From contig JAFYYS010000035.1 of NCBI GenBank assembly GCA_017546025.1, positions 27,809-91,808 on the forward strand: a DNA stretch of 64,000 nucleotides, written 5' to 3'. This document shows, one piece after another, positions 30,479 to 38,650 of this stretch; position 1 is the first letter of the stretch; each line of letters opens with the position of its first letter. This stretch comes from Lachnospiraceae bacterium (GTDB lineage: Bacteria; Bacillota; Clostridia; Lachnospirales; Lachnospiraceae). The position numbers and the translations under genes are program-made. The notes under the pieces were generated by a model, which did not search any database, had not been told where the DNA came from, and saw nothing but the letters and a program-made list of their open reading frames with translations.

Positions 30479-31464
30479 AGAATGATAAGACAGTAAGAAC
30501 TCTGGAAGAAATCAGAGGGCTGCAGAAAACCACCAGAGAAAACAGAAGGGTTTTGTTTTATGTCCTGCTGCTGTTGATACCCATGGATTTGGTTTTCACT
30601 TATTTGGCAGTGTCTTCGGGGGATATTGCGGGAACCTGTGTCCCGTTGATTGCTTTTTATATAATGACAGCAGCCACATTCTATGCCTGGGTAAGAGTTC
30701 CCCGGGAACTATACAGGGAATACAAGACATATCTTGTCAATAGCGCTGCAGACGGCCTGTTCGACGAGTACCAATACTTTCCGGACGGCTGTTTCGACCG
30801 GGAGGTGCTTGAAGAAACAAACCTGCTGGACCTTGAGGGTAAAAAGTTCGAGAGCAATGATTTCTTTGAGGGAACCTATCAGGGCGTCCGGTTTGCAAGA
30901 GCCGATATCGAAATCTATAATGGCCTTACGGGACGGTTTAAAAAGCAGTACTTCGGAAACTGGAACGTGTTCTCATTTTCCAAAGCCTCACCCCGTAAGA
31001 TTTGGATTTCGACAAGAAAACTGTTCACCCATTCGCGGCTGAGGACAGAGTTTATTCAGTTTTCGAACAACGGAGAAAACGGGATTACAACCGGCGATGA
31101 TTACTTTGACAGCCTGTTCTTCTGCGGCTGCGAGGATGAGCAGGCAGCCCGTGAACTCCTGACACCGCAGCTCATGAAGATTCTGTGCGGGTTTTATAAT
31201 AAGAACGGCTATCCGTTCATCGTGGCCTGGGTTGACGGCCGCCTGCACGTCATTGTAGAGGACAAAAAGGATACCGTGCATCCGTCCGTTGATATGGATG
31301 TCAACCCCGTGCTGGAGATTGAGAAAGCACGGGAAGATTTGAAATTTGTGTGCGACATCGTTGATGAACTGGTCATCGGTGACAAAGTATTCTCCGAATA
31401 TGCCATGTACGGTCAGGCCGTGGATTCGGAGCCTGTGATTGGGAAAGGGTTGAGAAGACAGTGA
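30475..31464 (+). CDS. Two-TM membrane protein, DUF3137-like, paralog 3 of 6
   Basis: GTGA start/stop overlap. Blocks: TYLVNSAADGLFDEYQY, GTYQGVRFARADI, GNWNVFSF, TGDDYFDSLFFCGCEDEQAARELLTP. Confidence 0.85.
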   Translation: MKNDKTVRTLEEIRGLQKTTRENRRVLFYVLLLLIPMDLVFTYLAVSSGDIAGTCVPLIAFYIMTAATFYAWVRVPRELYREYKTYLVNSAADGLFDEYQYFPDGCFDREVLEETNLLDLEGKKFESNDFFEGTYQGVRFARADIEIYNGLTGRFKKQYFGNWNVFSFSKASPRKIWISTRKLFTHSRLRTEFIQFSNNGENGITTGDDYFDSLFFCGCEDEQAARELLTPQLMKILCGFYNKNGYPFIVAWVDGRLHVIVEDKKDTVHPSVDMDVNPVLEIEKAREDLKFVCDIVDELVIGDKVFSEYAMYGQAVDSEPVIGKGLRRQ

Positions 31465-32576
31465 CTACGGAACAGGAACTCGAGAAGCGGCGAAAAACGG
31501 CAAGGCTTGGCAGATACGGCGGCACTGTATTACAATTGGCCGGAATCGTTTTGATGATGCTGGGACTCTTATATCTGTTTTTTGATTTCGCCGATTGGGA
31601 CCTTACAGCGAAAACGTGTCTTGTGCTGGCGGCGGCTGTCATTGCCATGATAGGGGGATATCTGCTTGAGAATCGTACACAAAAGAAGTACGAAAAGGAA
31701 TACAAGACCTACGTGATAGGCAGGGCCGCTCTGGGATTGTTTGATGAGTACGAGTTTCTGCCGGAGTGGGGATTCCCCAAGAAAGAAGTTAAGTCGAAAG
31801 GTCTGATTCGGATTAAGTACGGCTACAGAAGTGACACGCTTCTTAAGGGACAATACCATGATGTCGGATTTGCCCGCGCTGATTTCTCTATGAGACAGAA
31901 TCGGATTTCCGATATGAGAGTCAAAGGTTACTGGACCATCTTCACGTTTCCGAAGCCTTTTAAGAGCGACCTGCAGGTGTCCTGCGGGTTCATGCAGCAG
32001 GAGAGCGGAATCCGGCAGGGTCTTTTCGTTCCGAAAAAAGAGCGTCGCCACATCATTACGACGGGCAACGAAGAATTCGACAGGGAATTCACCTGCTCCG
32101 GCCAGGACACGGAAGAGGCTTTGTCTCTGCTGACGCCGGCGGTACGCAGAAAGCTGCTGTCGATGCGCTATATGAGGCGCAACGCCTTCGTCATGGGCTG
32201 GGTAAACCAGGAGCTTCATATGATTGTCATCAACGGAACGGACACGGCTCCGGCACCGGCCAAGGGAAAGCTTGATCTCGGTCAGGCGCTGCACCAGACG
32301 CAGGAAGAACTTCGCGTCATCTGTGAGATTATCGATGACATGATGATGAGCCGTAGCATTTTCGCCGATTATGTCATGGCGGAGATGGAAAATGTGATGA
32401 CTTCGCCACATGAAATCCCTGACGGCACCCTTCAGGAAGAAGACTACGACATTGTTCCGGCGAGCGAAGACTACGATATAACTTCGGTGAACGAAGACTA
32501 CGACATTGCTCCGGTAAACGAAGACTACGACGTCGATTTGCCGGAGGAAAAATACGAAATGCGTGGGAGTAATTAA
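31461..32576 (+). CDS. Two-TM membrane protein, DUF3137-like, paralog 4 of 6 (with an acidic EDYD repeat tail)
   Basis: GTGA overlap. Blocks: GQYHDVGFARADF, GYWTIFTF, TGNEEFDREFTCSGQDTEEALSLLTP. There is a C-terminal 4 x 9-aa EDYDIxPxx repeat. Confidence 0.85.
   Translation: MTTEQELEKRRKTARLGRYGGTVLQLAGIVLMMLGLLYLFFDFADWDLTAKTCLVLAAAVIAMIGGYLLENRTQKKYEKEYKTYVIGRAALGLFDEYEFLPEWGFPKKEVKSKGLIRIKYGYRSDTLLKGQYHDVGFARADFSMRQNRISDMRVKGYWTIFTFPKPFKSDLQVSCGFMQQESGIRQGLFVPKKERRHIITTGNEEFDREFTCSGQDTEEALSLLTPAVRRKLLSMRYMRRNAFVMGWVNQELHMIVINGTDTAPAPAKGKLDLGQALHQTQEELRVICEIIDDMMMSRSIFADYVMAEMENVMTSPHEIPDGTLQEEDYDIVPASEDYDITSVNEDYDIAPVNEDYDVDLPEEKYEMRGSN
32439..32546 (+). repeat. 4 x 27-nt tandem repeat inside paralog 4 (GAAGACTACGAC...)
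   Basis: Units start at 32439, 32466, 32493 and 32520. They encode EDYDIVPAS / EDYDITSVN / EDYDIAPVN / EDYDVDLPE. Confidence 0.9.
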
Positions 32577-32590
32577 CGAGGAGGAAGAAA

Positions 32591-33502
32591 ATGTATAACA
32601 ACGATTGGGAGCAACTGAACAAGACAAGAAAGCAGCTGGTATTACTCGGCATAATCGGAACGATCCTGCTTGTTGCGGGACTGATTCTGCCGATTGTATT
32701 CATGGCGAAGCATCCGCTTTTCTTTAATCCGTTCATGATTCTTTTCGGCATGGTTCCCGGAGCAATCTGCTGGCTGATTTTCGGCAAAGGCAACTCCGGC
32801 TACCGGAAGGATTACAAGGCGCTTGTGGTGAACCGAGCCGCGACCGGCATGTTTGACGAGTACAGCTACTACGCGGGCATGGGTTTTGATTACCGGGAGA
32901 TTCAGGCCACCGGCATCATGTACATGGGCAACCGGTATAAGAGTGAGGACCTCGTGGAAGGACGCTACAAGGGCGTTCCGTTCCGCCGTGCCGACATGTA
33001 TATCGCACAGCATACCTCGAGCGGTAAGAGCAGCCATACGACCGTATATCTGCGCGGAACGTGGATGATTTTCTCCTACAACAAAGCATTCGTTTCCGAT
33101 GTGCAGGTCATGTCCAAGGCTTTCGGGTTTTCCAATAAGAAGACGAGCCGCCTGTTTACGAGAAGCGGAGACCGCCGTCATAAGCTCGAGACGGAGGACG
33201 TGGAGTTCAACAACATGTTCAACGTGACCTGCCAGAACGATTCCGAAGCATTCTACCTGCTGACGCCCCGCGTCATGCAGATGCTGAAGCTGCTGCAGGC
33301 CGACTTCATGCATCCGTTCATGGTCGGATTTGTCAACAACGCCCTGCATATCGCCGTCAACACCGGCAAGGATTCGATGGAACCGTCGGTTTTCAAGGCA
33401 CTGAAGCCCGAGCTTGAGATTGAAAAGACCCGCCGCGAGCTGAAGGCAATCTGTAACGTCATCGACGCGCTGGCAATTGACCGGGATATTTTCAAGGAGT
33501 AA
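32591..33502 (+). CDS. Two-TM membrane protein, DUF3137-like, paralog 5 of 6
   Basis: ATG after AGGAGG, 14 nt after the paralog-4 stop. Blocks: GRYKGVPFRRADM, GTWMIFSY, TEDVEFNNMFNVTCQNDSEAFYLLTP. Confidence 0.85.
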   Translation: MYNNDWEQLNKTRKQLVLLGIIGTILLVAGLILPIVFMAKHPLFFNPFMILFGMVPGAICWLIFGKGNSGYRKDYKALVVNRAATGMFDEYSYYAGMGFDYREIQATGIMYMGNRYKSEDLVEGRYKGVPFRRADMYIAQHTSSGKSSHTTVYLRGTWMIFSYNKAFVSDVQVMSKAFGFSNKKTSRLFTRSGDRRHKLETEDVEFNNMFNVTCQNDSEAFYLLTPRVMQMLKLLQADFMHPFMVGFVNNALHIAVNTGKDSMEPSVFKALKPELEIEKTRRELKAICNVIDALAIDRDIFKE

Positions 33503-33506
33503 ACGG

Positions 33507-34535
33507 TTGAAAGACTATTCGATGATAACGCCCGAGGCATTGACCGAGGAGGCGCGGAAAATTGCAAAACACTCGGACAGAGCCCCGTTCATTGCGCTTG
33601 GGCAGCTCACCCTGCTGGGAATTCCGTTCCTGCTGTTGTGCATGGGAGTGCTGCCTCCAATCCCGTTTGTCGTGGCATTTGCCATCGCATTAATCCTTGT
33701 CGGCGTGACTGCCATATTCGGGCATGACCGGCAGAAGGAGTACGATGAGCGGCAGAAGGAACTGGTTGTTGCGTTCAAGTCGCTGGTTGTGAACCATGCC
33801 GCGCAGGAGCTGTTCCATCATTATTCCTATGACATGGAAAATGGCATCGCAGAGGAAGACATTCCGCTCAACGAAGTGCTGCCGTATTCCTACTTCGGAA
33901 GAAGCACGAATCTGCTGACCGGCTTCTACCGGGGTGTCGAATTCCGGCGCGCCGATCTTGAGGCAAGTGCAGCCTCGACGCATGTCAACTTTTATTCGAC
34001 GAACCGTGTCTTTCTCGGACAGTATATTGATTTCCCGTGTCCTGTGAAGTTTTCCTCGACGCTTTATATCTACACAAAGGACATGCTTGACGATATCGAG
34101 CGGAAGACCTTCCTGTATTCCGGGAACACGCGCGGGGAGATGTATTATGAAACGGGTGATGAGGCGTTTGATAAGAAATTCCGTTGCCTGACTACCGATC
34201 AAACTGAGGCGGAGACGCTTCTTACTCCGGAGTATGTCAGAAGCATTGTGAAGCTTTCAAACCTGATTAAGGATTGGTTTGTGATTGGCTTCAAAGAAGG
34301 CAGAATCTTTCTTTTGATTGACACCGGCACGGACCATCTGGAGCCGCCGAAATACCTCGGTTATATCGACAAAATGGACATGGATTACGAGATGGAGCGC
34401 GCGGTGAAAACGTTACAAACGGTGTGCGATGCCATTGACCGGCTGGCCCGTCCGAGCGAGGAGAAAACCCCGCCTGAGACAAATGTGATCGATGAACTTG
34501 AAAGCTACTGGAAAGAGGGAACACCGACCGTCTGA
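33507..34535 (+). CDS. Two-TM membrane protein, DUF3137-like, paralog 6 of 6 (most divergent)
   Basis: Blocks: GFYRGVEFRRADL and TGDEAFDKKFRCLTTDQTEAETLLTP. The start is uncertain: TTG 33507 lies 7 nt after AAGGAG, and ATG 33522 is the alternative. Confidence 0.75.
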   Translation: MKDYSMITPEALTEEARKIAKHSDRAPFIALGQLTLLGIPFLLLCMGVLPPIPFVVAFAIALILVGVTAIFGHDRQKEYDERQKELVVAFKSLVVNHAAQELFHHYSYDMENGIAEEDIPLNEVLPYSYFGRSTNLLTGFYRGVEFRRADLEASAASTHVNFYSTNRVFLGQYIDFPCPVKFSSTLYIYTKDMLDDIERKTFLYSGNTRGEMYYETGDEAFDKKFRCLTTDQTEAETLLTPEYVRSIVKLSNLIKDWFVIGFKEGRIFLLIDTGTDHLEPPKYLGYIDKMDMDYEMERAVKTLQTVCDAIDRLARPSEEKTPPETNVIDELESYWKEGTPTV

Positions 34536-34565
34536 GCGCGGACCTTTCGAAAAACGAAAAAACTG

Positions 34566-34594
34566 TTGACAAGCGGCGGGAAAGGTCTTATAAT
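34566..34594 (+). promoter_or_regulatory. Consensus sigma-A promoter (TTGACA-17 nt-TATAAT)
   Basis: TTGACA at 34566-34571, a 17-nt spacer, and TATAAT at 34589-34594. Confidence 0.8.
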
Positions 34595-34600
34595 GTGCCT

Positions 34601-34886
34601 AATTTTACAACTTCATATCGTTCAAAGGCTGTGACGAAGACGGTCTCGGGAACGCATTTTCAGAGAGCCGGTGGTTGGTGTGAACCGGTATTGCAGAACG
34701 AATCGACCTATCCCTTCCGAGCTGAAGGTCTGAACCCCTTGTGGAAAGTAAGAACTTCCGTGATTGCCGCGTCAAGGCATAGGATTTGTTGGAATCCGAA
34801 GAGTGGCGTACAGTGTACGCAAGTTGAGTGGTACCGCGGGTGAAAGGCTCGTCTCAAACGTTCGTTTGGGGCGGGCTTATTTTATT
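34601..34886 (+). promoter_or_regulatory. T-box riboswitch leader (tRNA-sensing transcription attenuator)
   Basis: - Stem I has a GA/K-turn (GUGACGAAG...CUUCCGAGC), an AGAGAG bulge (34662-34667) and a distal loop GGUUGGUGUGA.
- The T-box sequence AGUUGAGUGGUACCGCGGG lies at 34822-34840, with a UGGU bulge.
- The antiterminator is GAG[UGGUACC]GCGGG...CUCGUCUC.
- It competes with a 13-bp terminator (34847-34876) followed by UUAUUUUAUU. Confidence 0.85.
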
Positions 34887-34946
34887 GCCTCAGGGAACAC
34901 AACCTTTCAGAGAATCACTCAACAAAAAACAAAGGAGAGTAAAACA

Positions 34947-37211
34947 ATGGGAGACATGGATCTGAAGCTTAAGGAAGTCGCCGCACGTATCCGCGAGATG
35001 CGTGAGATCGCAGGCTTTACCGAAGGCGAGATGGCAGACAAGACGGATGTCAGCGTGGAAGAGTATGTGGCTTATGAGGCCGGCGAAACGGATATGCCGT
35101 TTACGTTCATTCATAAGTGCTCGCTCGCATTTGACGTCGAAATGAGCGCTTTGCTTGAAGGCCATACGGCAAAGCTTACCAGCTACACCGTAACGAGAAA
35201 GGGCGAAGGTCAGATCACTTCCGAAGAGGAAGGCATCCTGATCAAGAACCTTGCTTCCAACTTTAAGAAGAGACTCGGTGAGCCCTACTGGGTTCGCTAT
35301 GAATACTCCGCCGAGCAGCAGAAGAAGCCGATTCATCTGACCAAGCACAGCGGTCAGGAATTCGATATCGTCATGAAGGGCTGCCTGAAGGTTCAGGTCG
35401 GTGAGCACACCGAAATCCTGCACGAGGGCGACAGCATCTTCTACAACAGCTCGACGCCGCACGGCATGATTGCCATCAACGATCAGGACTGTACCTTCAT
35501 CGCAGTCGTACTGCCCGGTGAGGATGTCGGCGAGAAGGAAATCGTCGATACGCTTGTGGAAGGCCGTACCGCGAAGAAGAGCTTCGTCTGTGACAAATTC
35601 ATCAAGACTGTCGAGGACGAAAAGGGCCGCCTGAAGTCCATCGATTTCGTAAACGAAGAGAAGTTCAACTTCGCCTATGATGTTGTTGACGCCATCGCGA
35701 AGAAGAATCCCGAGAAGCTTGCGATGATTCATCTGGACCGCGACAAGAACGAGAGACGCTTCACATTCCTTGACATGAGTAAGAAGAGCGGCCAGGCCGC
35801 AAACTACTTCAAGTCCCTGGGCATCGAGCCCGGCGACCGCGTCATGCTTGTATTGAAGCGCCATTACCAGTTCTGGATCAGCATGCTTGCGCTTCATAAG
35901 ATCGGCGCAATCGCAATCCCGGCTACTTATCAGCTTCAGGAGCATGACTTTGAGTACCGTTTCAAGTCCGCAGGCGTTAAGGCAATCGTTTGTACCGGCG
36001 ACGGTGATACCGCCAACCAGGTTGATCTTGCGGCACCGCGCTGTGAGACACTGATCCACAAGATCTGTGTCGGCGCTCCGAGAGAAGGCTGGCGCAACTT
36101 CGATGAAGAGTATGTGATGTACAGCTCGCATTTCGACCGCGTCGAGAACAGCCCGTGCGGTTCCGACCGTTTCATCATGTTCTTCACCTCCGGCACGACC
36201 GGTTATCCGAAGATTGCGTGCCATTCCTACAAGTACGCGCTCGGTCATTATGTAACCGCCAAGTACTGGCATCAGGTTGAGCCTGACGGCCTGCACCTGA
36301 CCATTTCCGATACCGGCTGGGGTAAAGCGCTTTGGGGCAAGCTGTACGGCCAGTGGCTGTGCGAAGCACCCGTTTTCGTATATGACTTCGACCGCTTCCA
36401 TGCAGAGGACATCCTGCCGCTGTTTGCACAGTACCATATCACGACGTTCTGCGCACCGCCCACGATGTACCGCATGCTGATCAAGGAAGACATCAGCAAA
36501 TACGACCTCAGCTCGATTGTGCATGCAACGACCGCCGGTGAGGCCCTTAACCCCGAGGTTTACAACGTCTTCAAGGAGAAGACCGGTCTCCGCATCCACG
36601 AGGGCTTCGGTCAGACCGAGACAACGCTTGTCATCGGTAACCTGTACGGCGAGAAGCGCAAGCTCGGATCCATGGGTAAGCCTACGCCGCAGTATCATGT
36701 CGACATCCTCGATCCGGACGGCAAGCCCGTACCGGTCGGCGAGAACGGCGAGATCTGCATCTACACAAACGACAAGACGCCCTGCGGACTGTTCCGCGGC
36801 TACTATAACGATCCCGAGCGCACGAAGGAAGCGTGGCATGACGGCATCTATCATACCGGCGACGTCGCGTGGAAGGACGAGGACGGCTTCTACTGGTATG
36901 TCGGCCGTATCGACGACGTCATCAAGTCGTCCGGCTACCGTATCGGACCGTTCGAAATCGAAAGCGTCATCATGGAACTTCCGTATGTGCTTGAGTGCGG
37001 TGTCAGCGCCGCCCCCGACCCGATCCGCGGCCAGGTTGTAAAGGCAAGCATCGTATTGACAAAGGGTACACAGCCCTCCGATGAGCTCAAGAAGGAAATC
37101 CAGGATTACGTTAAGAAGCACACAGCACCTTACAAGTACCCGCGTATCGTTGTCTTCATGGATGAACTTCCGAAGACCATCAGCGGCAAGATTCAGAGAA
37201 ACAAACTGTAA
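34947..37211 (+). CDS. Fusion protein: XRE-type HTH plus cupin domain (N-terminal ~190 aa) fused to an AMP-forming acyl-CoA synthetase (ACSM/MbcS-like)
   Basis: - N-terminus: KEVAARIREMREIAGFTEGEMADKTDVSVEEYVAYEAG (HTH), then a cupin (HSGQEFDIVMKG...GDSIFYNSSTPHG).
- The remainder has FFTSGTTGYPK (A3), TAGEALN, EGFGQTET, YHTGD and SSGYRIGPFEIES adenylation motifs.
- It is one uninterrupted ORF. ATG 34947 follows AAAGGAGAG. Confidence 0.85.
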   Translation: MGDMDLKLKEVAARIREMREIAGFTEGEMADKTDVSVEEYVAYEAGETDMPFTFIHKCSLAFDVEMSALLEGHTAKLTSYTVTRKGEGQITSEEEGILIKNLASNFKKRLGEPYWVRYEYSAEQQKKPIHLTKHSGQEFDIVMKGCLKVQVGEHTEILHEGDSIFYNSSTPHGMIAINDQDCTFIAVVLPGEDVGEKEIVDTLVEGRTAKKSFVCDKFIKTVEDEKGRLKSIDFVNEEKFNFAYDVVDAIAKKNPEKLAMIHLDRDKNERRFTFLDMSKKSGQAANYFKSLGIEPGDRVMLVLKRHYQFWISMLALHKIGAIAIPATYQLQEHDFEYRFKSAGVKAIVCTGDGDTANQVDLAAPRCETLIHKICVGAPREGWRNFDEEYVMYSSHFDRVENSPCGSDRFIMFFTSGTTGYPKIACHSYKYALGHYVTAKYWHQVEPDGLHLTISDTGWGKALWGKLYGQWLCEAPVFVYDFDRFHAEDILPLFAQYHITTFCAPPTMYRMLIKEDISKYDLSSIVHATTAGEALNPEVYNVFKEKTGLRIHEGFGQTETTLVIGNLYGEKRKLGSMGKPTPQYHVDILDPDGKPVPVGENGEICIYTNDKTPCGLFRGYYNDPERTKEAWHDGIYHTGDVAWKDEDGFYWYVGRIDDVIKSSGYRIGPFEIESVIMELPYVLECGVSAAPDPIRGQVVKASIVLTKGTQPSDELKKEIQDYVKKHTAPYKYPRIVVFMDELPKTISGKIQRNKL

Positions 37212-38581
37212 TGAAGCATCCGAATTATGACATTCCCGGGATTCCGGAAGGATACGAGGTATTCTTCCGGATGACCCGTAAGTGCAGACTCGAAACGGTT
37301 GATGAAGCAGACGAAGACGAAGATTCCATGAAAGACTGGAAGTATGACCGTCTCCACAACTACATCAAACAGCGTGACGGAAAAGGAAACGTATATGTTT
37401 ATCGCATCCGGGAGGACAATACCTGTACCTGCGAGCGTTGGTTCATGAAGGACGGCGCAAGGTACTGCGAGCCCGGCGCTGTGTTTGATCCCGGTATCGA
37501 GATTGTGTTTCAGGAAACGGACCGGGAAAGCTGGGAGTATGATGAGCGCGGCAACTGCGTGACATTTATCACAAAAGGGAAAGACCGCTGGCTGAACACC
37601 TATGATGCAAAGAACCGGGTCGTTTCGGAAAAAAGGTATTTTTCCGACGGGCTTTTATGGGCCGATAAGGGATATGCCTACAATGAGGACGGCACCCTGC
37701 GTGAGTATTATGAGGACATGCTCGATATTCAGAACGGGCACGGCGATTATCATACGATGCATTACAAAAAGACGGTTCCCGAATACGACAGTACGGGCCG
37801 GACGGTTTCCGAGCATTCGTATGACCGGGAAGGCAAGCTGATCGGGCAGATGTATTGGGAGCCGGGCGGGAAGGTTCAGATCTCGACAAAGAACCAGTTC
37901 GAATATTGGCAGGTCCGCTCAAGAATTGAGCATGACGACGAAGGAAGAGTCATCTCGGACGACTTTGAGCTGAACGGAAAGCCGCAGTCAAGGACCGAAT
38001 ACGAGTACCGTGACGACGGCAGCTACACCGAGCGCAGGTACATTGCAATCATGGAGAGAGACAATGAGCTGCTGCTCCGTGAAGAAAAGACGTTTGATAA
38101 GGCCGGCAGGAGGACCGCCTGGATTGAATACGGTTACAACAGTAAGAGAGTATACGAAGCCTTTTATCAGGAGTATGACGAAGAAGGCAATCTGACCAGA
38201 ACGGTTCGTAAGACAATAACCGGGACAAAGCCGCAAAAGGAAGAAACCTATATCGTTCTTTTCGGCACGGTCGGAGGCTTCAAACACGACCGTCTGCGGG
38301 TTAAGGAATACGAGATCCGGGACGGGAAGGCAGGAAACGTCACCGAATACAAGTATTTCTTCCCGGATGAGAACACCGTGATGCAGTTCAGCATCAAAAA
38401 CGGCGAAGTCCGGTTCGTGGAAATCTATGAATATGACAGCTACGGAAACCTGCTTGCCCGGTACTCGGCGAGTGGCTCGGGGAGGTACGGCAAAGCCTTC
38501 GAATACACGCCTTTTGTTGCGCCCAAGGGGCGGTTCACGAAAGAGGACCGCGATGAAGAGCACCACAAGGTGGTGAGTTAA
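37211..38581 (+). CDS. Cytoplasmic protein with YD/RHS-like repeats (no signal peptide or TM)
   Basis: Its start overlaps the upstream stop (TAATG). Repeats: WEYDERGNCV, YDAKNRVV, YNEDGTLR, YDSTGRTV, YDREGKLI, HDDEGRVI, YDEEGNLT, YDSYGNLL. Confidence 0.75.
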   Translation: MKHPNYDIPGIPEGYEVFFRMTRKCRLETVDEADEDEDSMKDWKYDRLHNYIKQRDGKGNVYVYRIREDNTCTCERWFMKDGARYCEPGAVFDPGIEIVFQETDRESWEYDERGNCVTFITKGKDRWLNTYDAKNRVVSEKRYFSDGLLWADKGYAYNEDGTLREYYEDMLDIQNGHGDYHTMHYKKTVPEYDSTGRTVSEHSYDREGKLIGQMYWEPGGKVQISTKNQFEYWQVRSRIEHDDEGRVISDDFELNGKPQSRTEYEYRDDGSYTERRYIAIMERDNELLLREEKTFDKAGRRTAWIEYGYNSKRVYEAFYQEYDEEGNLTRTVRKTITGTKPQKEETYIVLFGTVGGFKHDRLRVKEYEIRDGKAGNVTEYKYFFPDENTVMQFSIKNGEVRFVEIYEYDSYGNLLARYSASGSGRYGKAFEYTPFVAPKGRFTKEDRDEEHHKVVS

Positions 38582-38650
38582 GCCGCTAAGGCAGATAGAG
38601 GTTGCATTTTCCCGTGATAAAGGGTATAGTTATTAAGTTAAGGTGATGTT

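Noticed and set aside
34696-34713. Alternative T-box specifier readings GAA-CGA-A (Arg) and GAA-UCG-A (Ser), which fit the simple GAA-NNN-A pattern.
   Set aside because: They lie too close to the distal platform in the best pairing I could build. A Ser tRNA (discriminator G) also conflicts with the UGGU antiterminator bulge. They are not fully excluded without a covariance-model alignment.
34890-37121. 743-aa ORF on the minus strand.
   Set aside because: It is exactly antisense to the acyl-CoA synthetase gene, whose + strand translation carries all adenylation motifs. The antisense product is Arg/Ala/Leu/Val-rich with no motifs, a typical shadow ORF of GC-rich coding DNA.
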